Source: Chrysomallon squamiferum
Taxonomy: Eukaryota; Animalia; Mollusca
Assembly: GCA_012295275.1 (NCBI GenBank)
Contig: CM022676.1
Location: 992,001 to 1,056,000 of the forward strand
Direction of reading: 5' to 3'
Length of the DNA: 64,000 nucleotides
The notes below the pieces were generated by a model. That model did no database searches, had not been told where the DNA came from, and saw only the letters and a program-made list of their open reading frames with translations. Positions 51,601 through 64,000 of this stretch are shown one piece after another (position 1 is the first letter of the stretch; every line of letters starts with the position of its first letter). A program made the position numbers and the translations under genes.

Positions 51601-53783
51601 ATAATGATTATTTGAACAAATTGTAGAGATGATTTTGTAATGTTGAACATCACATTTCTGTTAGAAATGACATTTATAAATACATATAATAATTACTAAG
51701 GTAGCGCTTGTTTTTCTTTTTTTTGTAGAATGTTTGTGATTTAAAATAGTTCTGTCATTATATATGAATTGAAATATTTGTAATCCAGTTATATTAAAAC
51801 TTCAGTATGGAATGACATCATTCCACCAAGTTTAGAAATTCAGAAATACATTAACTTGATAGTTATTTTTGGTTATATATTTCAATTTGCTTTTGGTAAT
51901 GTATGCACCTGTACATAGTCTCTATTTTTACTATTTTTCATATATTAATAAATGCATTTGAATAAACTTGTGTATTTGTGTGTCAAATTACAGAAGTTTG
52001 ATTACATACTCACAACTAACACATATATCTTGCCCAAAGGTGATCCTTGTCTGAAATGATATTTATTTTTATATTATACCACACCAACTCAGTTTTGTAA
52101 CTAAACTAAATTTAAACTGAAATTAAATTAAAACATAACTTACAGTAAATGTCAACATCCAAAGTGCGTGATGTCCTTCCATGTGGGTTTTCTACAATAC
52201 ACGTGTAATTTCCTTGATGTTTTCGAGCAACATTCTTTATTTTAAAAAATGCATCATTAGCAACAACCTTGTTTGTATTCATATTCAACCACTGAATTGT
52301 ACAGCGAGGTTTACAGTCAGGTATGCAGAGAGTGTCCAAAACATTGCCAACAGCAACTGTTCTCATACCTTTATCAGGCACAAACATAATGTTTTTTGGT
52401 TTATCTGCAATAATATAAAAAGTGAAAGAAAAAATATGTAAATAATAAAAATTATTCACTTGGCCTGAAATGTTATGTGAATACATTAACTGAAACTAAA
52501 TTTGAAATTTTTACAATTTATTTTATTGGTTTCTTCTTCACCTGTATGTTATTAATTAGATTTCAATAAAATGAAATTCATGATAATTTAAGATAAATAT
52601 TTTATGATAATTACAACAGAAATTTTTACATTTTTTTTATTATTATTATTTTTTTAAAAGATTCGTACATTCCACATGGACTGTTATTAATTCACTTTCC
52701 TCAGAAACTAGTTTATGTTCTTCTGCTGAACAACTAAACTGTCGTCTGTCATCACGCAATGTCACGTGAAAAGAAAGCCGCTCTCCATTTGTTACGTATC
52801 TACTGTCTCTGACAACATTTCCATTCATCTTCCACTGATAGTTCATCGTTAGCATGTGATTATTTGGTGCACTTTTTGATCTTGTGATGCAGGTCAAGGT
52901 CAAATTATCACCTAAGACAGCAGGACTGGAATTATTAATAACTGGTTTTTCTGGTGTATCTGAAAAATGTTTTAAATGTAACATAAATATTATTTATTTA
53001 TTTTTCTCTATTACTAACATGTTTAGTGACTCTTTTATTGCTATATTATAAATATTATAATTACAGAATCATATATCTGATACATAATACATGACCTTTG
53101 TTATATATCCATTTAATCAAAATGGGGTTAGTTAAGAAATAAAACATGCATTAATTATTTAAATAATCTCCAAATATATACTTACATGCTACAAATATTA
53201 ATTATTATTAAATGTATATTTTAAATAATTTAAAAAAAAAAAGGGATTAAAAAGAAAAGAAAAGAAATGAAGAAATGTATATTAAAAATATAGTTATTAC
53301 CTGCAAATATGAGAATGGAAACACACTCATTCGAACTGCCCTGTCTACAGATATATAACCCAGCATCTTCTCTTGAAACGTTCTTCACCAATATTATAAT
53401 AACTGGTGAGAAAGAGACAACTTTTATTTTCTCTTTGTAAAGTTGAAAGACATGAGAGTTTGATTTTGTGATATCTGCAAGTATTTCTGAAGAATCACTG
53501 TGTGGTCTAATTATCTGCATTTTAATTGGATTTGCTGTATCATAATGACATTCTCCACAAGTCAAAGAAACATCTTCACCATAAACAGCGATTTGTTCTG
53601 ATGAAAATCCAGCTCCTTAAATAAAATAAATAAGAGCTCAGTAATTTTATTAACTAGCAGTAATACATCTTTTGTAACAATCTTCTCCCAGACAGAAAGG
53701 TCAGATAACACAGCTAAAGACAACAGACAGCTTAATGGGCAAACCAAAAAAAAAAAAAAAAAGCAAAAGAAGCTGGTAATCAT
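45614..53783 (-). CDS. Gene D: IgSF receptor, 5 Ig + FN3 + TM + ITIM-like tail (nephrin/sidestep-like architecture)
   Basis: Phase-1 domain exons 53301-53615 (V-like, EDAGLYIC), 52669-52959, 52144-52404 (HQGNYTC), 50094-50438 (DYGQYYC), 49488-49793 (SYPKP), 48899-49192 (FN3 WIPGYNGGFQQTF), 48372-48503 (TM). Tail exons 47915-47936, 47495-47568, 46456-46493 (IPYEKV), 45974-46051, 45614-45628. Probable signal exon 53745-53783 is 1 nt out of phase. Confidence 0.88.
48029..48298 (-). mobile_element. hAT-type MITE, copy 2 (gene D intron)
   Basis: Reverse-complement homologue of 23932-24222 (gagtggcccacctaatttcacaagg; cctgaggatgagccatgtctcatgt). Confidence 0.85.
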
Positions 53784-53885
53784 ATTTCTGTTAAATTCAG
53801 TTATAAGAACTTATGTAGAAGTTCATAAAAGTGTACCTTTGGTCATATGAAGAGTTTTAATATATTTTGTACACTTACACTCTCT

Positions 53886-53925
<40 letters not shown>

Positions 53926-54399
53926 AGAGAAAACCACATATAGAGGCAGATATTCATATATAAATAAAATACAAATGAAAATTATTACAATATGTCTCTA
54001 TGTCTTAATTTTATATGATTATGAATCACAGGCCAAACTGTCTATGACCAATCATTAAAACATGAACACACATACACAGGGTGGGGGTCACCAAGGGTCA
54101 GCAATATTTAAAAAATGTGTGTGTGAATTAATAGTGCTAATTTTAACAAAGACCCCAAGCTGAACAAGCTTACTGCAGTGATCAAAGTACCTGTGTATGA
54201 TAATGTATGGTCAGCTACATCCTGTCAGCTTGAATGTTAGTGACAGCAGAGACAGAAAGCAAATGTTGAGTAGTGTCAAGTTTTGAATCATCTCTAAATG
54301 CTAAATTAACTCAACAAAATTAAAACCAAGCAAGAAGAAGAAAAAACAAAAGGCGCTGACATCACTGAGTGACTCTTCTCAGACTGTTTTAACATTTGT

Positions 54400-57300
54400 T
54401 GCTTCCGAGAAAAAAACATGGAGGTAATATTAAAGCAACTAAAGAGAATTAGTGAAAAATAAAGTAAAATATATCAAAAGTTGGATCAAAGATTTAAAAG
54501 AAAAATTAATTTAAATATTTTCAACTCTTGAAGAAAAACAAGCCACTTTTGAAACCAAAATTTTTCAAATGCAGTTAGAGAATGCTATGTTAAAGAAAGA
54601 TATCATAAATATGAAAAATGAAAATGCAGAATCAAAACAACAAATAAAACTTATGTAAACATAACACAGGAAGAGCATTGATTAGGACCAACAATATATG
54701 AGGATAATATTCAATTGTTGGTGTAAAAGATGAAAATAAAGAAGGAAAATGTGCAAGAAACAGTAAGAAAAACTATCACAAAGTTATCTGAAGAAGAACA
54801 CAATTTCCAGAAGGGGAAAGTGTGACAAAGGTAGATAATATCATCTTTGTTTAACATAAAACCAGCTATCTATGAAATTGTTTCATTAGATACATTTCTT
54901 TTGCGTATAATAACTACAGATATTTTATTAGATTGAGAGCATTAATTTTTATATTTATATAAACATGTGATTACCTGGTTTCTATATATGAAACAGAGAA
55001 AAGATAGAATAACAGTAATGTTAAATATGTATTAATAATTATAATCAGTAAATAAACTGACTTTAACTGCAAATAATTTAAATTATTTTGACAGTCCATA
55101 ATACCTTTTGACAGGCAAATACATGATGATGAACTCTGAAAGGCAGTTTTTAAACTGTAAAGTTATATTAATTAGCAACTAACATGCTTAGTGTGACAAA
55201 CTAACAGCTTTAAAATTTGAACACCTGCATGACTTCAATATTTTCTTTGATTCCAGTATTTACTGACATATGCAGGAATGTTATATCTATGGCCTATGTG
55301 ACAAGGGGGTGTTGCAGACAATATCAGTCCCATTTGATGAACTCAGATTAGGGCAGAGAATTTGAAACTTTGGTAAGATACTCTTCTCTCTTTTTTTTAT
55401 TATTTTATGACATCATGGCAGTGTAATCTGTGTCATCAATGGTGTATTGTTTAATATATATATAAAACATAAATTTATACTAATGATATCTTGATTCTCC
55501 CATGACTGAATTCGTCTTTAATTAGGACATGACCAATTGCATCTTTAATTATTTTAACCAAGGTTTCCACAATACAGTAAATAATTTAGTTGCATTTATT
55601 TTATTATATATTATTACAAAATATATTCTGGATATACATAAATAACTGTAACTGCATTCTTGACAGTCTTGTAGATGTTTTATTTATCTAGTGGTTATAT
55701 ATATATTTTACTGCCACAATTTAAAATTTACCAATCCTTGTCACTTTGTTCTAAACCCATGACATGATAATATAAAAATAATGACAAAAGTCCTAGCCCA
55801 GATGGGTTCCTTACAATATTTTTCGAATTATTGTGGACAGACATTGGACATTACATAGTCCGATCAATAAATTATGGCAATTCTATTAAGAAAATGTCCA
55901 ATATCCAAACGTTCAGTATCAGAACATGCATACTGAAAACAAATATACCAAATAATTTATTAAAAATTAATGCCAATATCTTTGTTAAACTGCATATATA
56001 AAATTGCTGTTGATAATTGGAGAAAACCATGTTGTATAATGATATAATGAAATATAATGAACTATCTAGTTTTTTTAGCACTTGCAAGATTTTGACCTTC
56101 TATCACCCTATATTATTATATTATTATGAATTTTAGTGAGAAGCATTAAAGGTATCATCACTGATGCTACGTAATATTTATAAACCATTTTCATTGTTGA
56201 TGGATCTTTTTTGTCTCTGAACAATGAAAAAACTTGTTTATTATACTGAAATATTAAGCCAAAATATTAACTAAATCAACCCTGACGTCATCTGGATAAC
56301 CAGTAAAAACTATTCTAAGGATGTTTAAACCAATATAGTTTGATTGGAATAAAGTTTACTTTAAATATGATAATAGAATACTCTTTTGATTCTAAAATCA
56401 AGCCAATTAAGAATCTGATTTGAGTCTGGTCATCCAGAAAGCTTGCAATATTAGGTAGACTAACAGTTCTTAACATTAATAATTCCCTAAATCACTTATC
56501 TCCTAATATCATTACTAAATCTACCAAAATGAACTATAGGAGACCTAAATGTAATGTTTTTCAATTTCATTTGGCAAAATAAACCAGAAAAATTTAGAGA
56601 CATATTAACCGAAGATTATAGATACATCAATATAAAAATGTCAGATATATATCATGTTACAAGCTTTTCAAAATTAATCTGAAAACTTCTGCATGATAAA
56701 AAGTGGATCAGTTTATATAATTATTTCATTACACTAACGTGAGAGGGAATTTTGGAAAGATGCTCTAATTTTTCAAGTTTTACTGCTTTGATGCTTCTCA
56801 ATTTACAGCAATGCTAAATTATAAAGAATAATAAAGATGAACAAGGATTAAATATCTGGCATAATATCAAAATAATGAAACATAATAAACCATTTTTATA
56901 TACTAGCTATATAAAGAATGGGATTATTTTCATAAATAATTGAAAGTCAAAAGATTTTAGATTTTATTAATCTTTTAAAGTTGGATCTAATCTAAAAACA
57001 AACATTTTGAATTATTTATCATTACTGAATGATGTATAGGCCATCTTCTCTCATTAAATAATGTTAACAACATATTTATTTCTGGCAAAATATTTATTTA
57101 CCTTTCAAAATAAAACTATGCAAAACAGAAATTCTAAAACAAAAAAAAACAAAAATCAACCAACATAATATCAAAGTCACAACAAAATACACATCCACAG
57201 GTTTGATATTTGTTAATCGTATGTGGAAACAATTTTATTCCTTACCTTTCATGTTTTTGAAAGATACAGCATTATTATGAATTACTTTACAGAATTTTAG

Positions 57301-57570
57301 TTACTGTGTGGATCCTATCTGGAAATTAAAATAATTTTGTTTTCTAAATCTGATTTTTTTCTTACTATATACCAAATCTCATTATCATTCTATTGAAAAC
57401 ACCCAGAAATAATCAATTTCAAAGATTACTGAAATTAATTATGTGAAACTATGTGAAAAATTGTTAATATAATTTTGTATGCCTTACTATTTGTATATAA
57501 CTTTTGTATGATATTGTAAGACAATGATTCAAGCTCTTGATATTGCCTATGATCTGGTGTTAATAATAAA
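54400..57570 (+). mobile_element. Highly decayed L1/Tx1-like LINE remnants
   Basis: Coiled-coil-like A-rich segment 54420-54760 ending in an MRDNI-like ORF1 signature across a frameshift; ORF2 tail-like pieces 56100-57500; no intact ORF. Confidence 0.4.
55190..55420 (+). repeat. Interspersed repeat, copy 2 (homologous to 3-250)
   Basis: gtgtgacaaactaacagctttaaaatttg... aligns by eye with the window start. Confidence 0.65.
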
Positions 57571-57615
57571 AAAAATGAAACAAATAATGAAAAAAACAAA
57601 AACAAAAAGGAGTAC

Positions 57616-58480
57616 CTGATTATCAGATTTGGTCTGAAAAGAAAAATATTAAAATTTTAAAATATATTAGCTTTTTTGTTTTATTTTGTTTTGTTTGTTT
57701 TCTTATCTTATGACTTATTTTTATTTATTTATTAACTGGACAATTGATTTGGTTGGTTATTACTATTATATGTTAGTTATTTTTAATTTAAAAAAGAAAA
57801 GAAAAAGAAAGCCAAAAGAAAAGACACCCTTTGTAACTAGACATTATATTTTTCTCTTTCTTCTCTTGTTTTGTTTTTTTTCTTTATTTGGGGTTGAAGA
57901 ATAATGAAATAAATAATATAATATTTATCACTTTATGTAAAAGAGAATGAAAAAAGAAAGGATATTTGCACTGTGTTATGTTTTTGACATCCATAATAAT
58001 TAGCCTTCAAAAATGTTAATTAAAACTTGTGTGAAGGGGAAACATCATTTTTGCACATACAAAATATAAATTATTTATTAATATACAATATTTTAATTTA
58101 TTCTTTACAATGTTCATGCAGTACATCACCAAGCTATTAGTATTAGTAGCAATGCTAACACATCTTTGGGGTTTTTTAACTTTCAAATAATGATATATTC
58201 TACATCAATTAGAAGAAAACCAATTCCGAATGTAAAACAAAAAACTTTTTGAATATATCTATAACACTGTAAAAGATATCACATTTCAAAGTTTCCAAAA
58301 TTAAAAAATCAACTTTAAGTCGCCAGAAACTTATTTCAAGAGTTACCTCTATCAAATTTGCATTCTCTATACAATAAAGTGTTCTTTTTTTTTATTGCGG
58401 TACCCTTACCGAGTTAAATATTATGTTCTAGGCCTGTTTCAACTGAAAGATAAACATGAGATAATGCTTTGAGTAAGAGC
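57616..58480 (-). other. Possible 5' UTR exons of gene D (18-nt exon 57616-57633; donor at 58410)
   Basis: ttttcttttcag|ACCAAATCTGATAATCAG|gtact and CTCG|gtaagg on the minus strand, next to a CpG-richer stretch. Confidence 0.35.
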
Positions 58481-59498
58481 TGTCGTTCGTGAATAGGTAA
58501 TTTTTTTTTTTTTTTGATGTTTACTTCTGCAGAGGACCATAGATGATTTGCCGTTCCTGAGCGGTTATGTTTCATGAATCTGGCCCTACCGTTTCGCTTC
58601 AAAAGCAATAAATATGTGGATTATTTGTAAAATACAAGACATAATGTGAAAGAAGATAGGTCTCAATATTCCATTTAAATAATCAATTCAGCGTAATCGA
58701 CCGATTTCGTTTTTTAATGATTTTTGTTTCTAATATTCTGATGTGATTTTTACCTATTTGAAGTATTTCTATGTTTCAATTTATTTTCGGATTTTCAATT
58801 ACGTCTTTTCAAGAAATTATCATAATAAAATGAACAGATATTTGATCTCATTCTCCTTTAAAAATATAGTAAACTAGCATAATATTTTAAGATTGGGAAT
58901 TTGAAACTGCTGTACAAAGAAAAAGAAAAAAATAGCAAGCATACCTAGCGGCCATTCGTATTCACGGTATTGCTACTATTACTAATAGCTTATGTTCCAA
59001 ATGTTGTGCGGGGTTTCATTCACAACAACGGAATAAGATTCTTGAAATTAAAGTTTTCCAAAGTTCGCTAACACTTCATTTATATAATGAATATTTACTT
59101 GCCTGTGTGGAATATGAGAAATCCTATGCACAGTTTTAAATACAACATGTCTTACTTGTTTAAAGATAAAATCAAGTTCATTTTAAAGTTTGCTTAAGAG
59201 TTAATCTTCCTTCCGGATTGTAATCTACAGATTGCTCGTCAACCTTCGTTATTTGTCGTTGTAATTCGTGTGTAATCGGGACACGACGACATGACGACAG
59301 CGGGTAGGTAACTTTTCCACAAATGTAGATTGGGAAGAAGTTTAAGTACGATAATGGTAATTTCTGGAAAAACTGTCATCATATCGTGTATATTTTTATT
59401 GATATTTTATATAATAATGTACAAACTTTATTATTTAATAATTATAACTCCCATTACTAAATTTAAATGTATTAATGGATACTTTATTTTTGAATATG

Positions 59499-59550
<52 letters not shown>

Positions 59551-59834
59551 GATTCGATCTTACAGCATACATACAACTAGGATTACAAATTTGTTAACGT
59601 TATAAATGAGTATCACACGACATATCGCTTTGGTATAAGAAGTAGTCGTGTCCTTCATTGACGTTTTTAACTGGTGTTTACTTTTAGCAGAAGTAACCAA
59701 TTTTTACCAGTTAAAAACAAATAACAAAAATGGATTAATAAATAATTTAACTGTCATAGTAGGTATACCAAAGCTCTGGTATTTGTGGTCCGCCATACTT
59801 TTTAGATCTATTTTATTACATTTGATCAACAGAT

Positions 59835-59944
<110 letters not shown>

Positions 59945-62364
59945 TTCAAGGCCTACATGAACAATACAATTTCATGAATGGAATACCTGAAGTGTTATCT
60001 TTCTGTTTATTGCACAAACGTTACCATGCGAGAAAAAAAAAAATAATAATAATCTCAGTCGTAAGTACCTTGGAGTAGCTGCCGTTTCATTGTATTTCTC
60101 CAAACATATTCGCGAACATCGTACGTACTCTAATTTTATGCTCATTAGTTAGTCCAATAAATAAGTTTTATTACCCGAAAATGTCTACAGTCTCTTGACA
60201 GTTTTCAAGCACCAGACCTCTTTCAGAATTATATAACTGTAAAGAGTCTTTAAAGAGTAACAATTCATTTTTTGAAAATAAAAACTGGAACTGAAGGTCA
60301 AAGCAAAGTACACGACGGTTTGCTCGACCTGAGACAGACGTCGTGTTTTGTGCCAGGCGTTACATCAAGATCATTCACTCTGTACATAATATTAGCATCA
60401 GACTGTTTGCTGGAGAATAATCAAATTATGATAAGCCTAAATATGTCTTTTCGAATTTGGTTTGACATTTGCTTCATAAAGTCCACTCCCACATTCAAAC
60501 AGGTTCTCAGAATCATCTTCAAATGTCACTTCTAAAATCTTATCCAGGTGAACTTAAGCTTCTTCTCCATTTCTATTCACATCACAAAAAGTGTAATTTT
60601 TGTGATGTGATTATCACATTGTAATACTTTATCCACCAAGTTTCTGTCCATGTTTTCATAAGATACTCTCTTTGTAAAATGTTTTGAGTCAGAAAGAAAG
60701 GTTACTAAGCAAGTCACATTTATTATTATAATATTATAGCCTTACCAGATTAAACTGCAGCTTAAGATGAACTAATATCTCAGATTTCCTAACAGATCCC
60801 TTCTAAACGTATTTATCATCTAAATCTGTTCACTCTGATTAATTTGATATAAAAACAATTCTTATAGTACAAGTACAAGCAGAATTGAAGTTAAGATTTT
60901 TCAAATTTTTAAATTTTTTATCTAGCGCAGATGAATAAATATACTAATTTTGGCTTCACATATTAATGTTAATATACTTTGCAGAGTCGCGAAAAACTAT
61001 TATACTGCAGCAGATCAAAACAGATCAGAAAGAAACTTGTCATATCAACATAAATTAGCATTTTAAGGTAAACATAAAGTCTCTGACAAGTGGGAAGAAG
61101 CTTTTTGTGTTATAATAAACCAGTCAAATCCAAGTATTCCTGTTTTTGTTTTAACAAGAAGAATGGATAGGGACCATTACACTGAAACCTTTTACGATCT
61201 CTTGGTGTTTTATTGTGAGAAGCCATCAGTACCTGCTCCAGAATGAGAGAAGGCTGCAGAAAACTGCAATGCCATAATCTACAAAACAGAAGATGATTTC
61301 TTCTTGTCTTGTAATGTTATTATCGAGCCTGACCTGTCTGTATCTGTGTGTCTGTGTTTATTTTTTATATGTACATTTGTATCCGAGGTGTGTATGTTTT
61401 GTACCATTGATCTTGTATGTGTGTGTGTGTTTTGTATTGTCATATGTGAGTATTGTGTATGTGGTTAGTACATTTAAAAAAAATATGCACTATCAAGAGA
61501 GATCTAAATAATATACATCAATATGAATGATGTACTGGTTAGAAAAAAAAATGATCAACAGCTAATAATATCTGACACAAGGCATAAGTTTTATTTATTT
61601 ATTTATATGACAGTGACATTCACTGCATGTGCATTCCAAAGTTGTATAAAATTTAGAAACAATCGAGTTTTGTATAGAAAGGTGGTTGTGTATGCTTTCA
61701 CCAATGTTATCCTGTTTGATACACAAGATGCAATGTGTACACTGAAGAGAATTTATTGTAGACATTCTTCATAAAGCAGAAAACAACTTTTGGTTATTAC
61801 CTATTGCACACACTGGTATCGAAGTAATGCCATGATTGACCAGGCGGATTCAAACCACTGGTAATGGCACCTTATTATGAATTGCAAACAAAAGAAAGAT
61901 ATTATAGTGAAGAACAATTGTAACCAATTGTGAATTTTCTCTGACAATCAACAGTTTTTATTATTCGGAAGCACAAATCAGAGCTAATAGTTTAACCACT
62001 AAAAATAGTTTGATCATTATAGCTGTGTGCACATGTATTCGACTTTATATCCACGTAAAGCTGTAAGACCCATATTGACAAAATTCTGCGCCAGTTTCTG
62101 ACCCGAATTTGCAGATGGAGTGCGTTTCCATTATAAAGGTTATCTTGCAGTTGCACTGTCTTGTTCATATTGTGAGTGTGTATGCGTGACTAAAACTAAA
62201 CATGTAAGTCAGGTAACGTACTCTGAACAACATGTTTAGTACAGTTCCACCTCTTCATTGTTTTCGTTTCAAACGTACTCCTCGTGAAACAGCAAACACA
62301 CATCCTGCATTCAGAAGTTTTGCTTTTAACAATGTCATCGACCTTTGAAAGTCGCTCTTATTAC

Positions 62365-62670
62365 ATTTACTAATAACAGAACTATCTTGTCTAATAATAC
62401 CACCTGTAGCGCTGGTTTTACTATAATTAATACCAGCACTATCATGTCTAACAAGACTACCAGTAGCGCTCCTATTGCCATCATTAATACCAGCACCGTG
62501 ATGTCGAGCACTATCATGTCTAATAATACCACCAGAAAAGATGCTACTACCTTCACTAATACCAGTACTATAATGTCTAATACCACCAGCACCGCTGCTA
62601 TTACATTCTCTAATGCCAGCACTGTCGCGTCTAATAATACCAATGATATCCCTGCAGTTACCATCACAAA
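62365..62670. repeat. Degenerate ~55-60-bp tandem repeat, open on both strands
   Basis: Recurring taataccagcactatcatgtctaataataccacc; translates as T/S/N-rich on + and V/L-rich on -. Confidence 0.75.
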
Positions 62671-63183
62671 CACCAAAATATTTTTAATTATTTAATTATT
62701 TGTTATCTTTATTGCGCTATTATCAAATCTGAAATAATTTCAGATATTAAAATGATATGGGAAGAAATTAGAAAAGTTAAAATTATCAATATTATAAAAC
62801 AGAAATTTATCAATACACTTATGATAAAATCTATGAATCAGATATTACACTGAATACTTAAGTCACTCATTAATATTTTCTATTTCAACAAAATAAATCA
62901 GATTACAGATGAGAAGGATCTCTATCAAAAACATAATATGTATTCCTCTAAATCTGGTTATCCATTAAGTAGACATTAAGTTGTAGTAAATAGTTTCAGA
63001 GTTAACTATGCATACGTATTTAGATAGCTATTATCTTTTTATTTATTGGAATTATCTTCATTTAAAATAAAAAAATAAAAAATATATAAAAATAAAAATA
63101 AATAAACAAACAAACAAAAAAGGCAAAAGACAAGCAAAAACGAATACAAAAGTACAAAAATACATATGTAGTTTTTGTATGTC

Positions 63184-63235
<52 letters not shown>

Positions 63236-64000
63236 GCACAGGACAACTTGCTCACCCCAAAATTCGCCAGTGGTGATAATAACAACGGCGACGACGAGAA
63301 CAACAGCAATAACAATAATAACAACAATAATAATAATAGACATAAATATGAGAATACCCCCTAAAGATCAATAAAACAGTTTCAAACCGTAAAACTTTGT
63401 TACACAGTTGTTCTACTATTTAAGTATTTTAATACAGTACTATAATACATTTTTTTGTAATACAGTTGTCCTGTTTTTGTGTTAATATATTAATGTAATA
63501 ATATATTGTTATACATTTGATCCATTTGATCATAAAACAATAATATCATTATACATTATAATAAAGTCAGTTTGTTTATTCATCACCAAACTGGTGTTTT
63601 CGACTAAACAAAAAATCAGGTGGGAAAAAAATTATACGTAAAATTATAAGAATAACTTTCATACTTTATTATTTATTTATTTATTTATTTATTTGTTGTT
63701 CTATCTGAATTATGAAAAGGTAAATGGCTATTTCAGAGTAATAAAAAACATCATCATGCTTCCGAGGTTTCCTCTCTGGCAAAACCTACAAATAAATATT
63801 TAAGATTTAGAAAATAAAATATGTTTAGTTGCTTTTTGTTCACTTGATAAAATGTGTATATATGGCAATTACTTTCTTGCGGGAGATAACTCATGTTAAC
63901 ATGAGCTTTCAATTAAAACATAAATTCTTTAATTAATGTTCTGTACTAAAACGGGAAATAACAGGAATTACTTTAAATGAAATTAATTTGTTGATTTATG

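Noticed and set aside
6641-53615. Genes A and D as a true Beat/Sidestep orthologue pair
   Set aside because: Domain counts fit (2 Ig; 5 Ig+FN3), but A lacks the Beat LYSVKWY-type motif and D's FN3 motif is shared by many nephrin-like proteins. Orthology is unsupported without a phylogeny.
54975-55060. Alternative signal-peptide exon for gene D (FNITVILSFLCFIYRNQ|gtaatc)
   Set aside because: No ATG seen in the segment and the donor is phase 0; may be only a UTR microexon or chance
60050-62330. CpG-richer stretches that might be decayed coding or transposase sequence
   Set aside because: All frames examined are interrupted and no motif was recognised

Overview
AT-rich, intron-containing animal DNA. 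The repeat and IgSF types suggest a mollusc or other lophotrochozoan, but the taxon cannot be fixed from sequence alone. Walking GT-AG sites and checking exon phases by hand gave four multi-exon genes. Gene A (+, 5881-13452) is a type-I membrane protein with two tandem divergent Ig domains and a very short tail. Gene B (-, 15183-~24629) is a single-pass receptor or adaptor with a 10-Cys ectodomain of no recognised family and a tail with 8 tyrosines. Gene C (+, 25094-41317) is a charged orphan protein, head-to-head with B. Gene D (-, 45614-~53783) is a 5xIg+FN3+TM nephrin/sidestep-like receptor with an ITIM-like IPYEKV. The introns and spacers hold a full-length Mag-type Gypsy LTR retrotransposon, a near full-length RNase H-bearing I-group LINE, a Ginger2-like element, Tigger and hAT/MITE remnants, decayed L1/Tx1 LINEs and satellites. 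The best candidate for an undescribed system is A/B/D as a cluster of unrelated single-pass, immune-type receptors. Two oddities stand out: a TAG exactly at the tyrosine of a second ITIM-like motif in D, and signal-peptide exons of B and D each one base out of frame. All gene models are ab initio and need RNA-seq.
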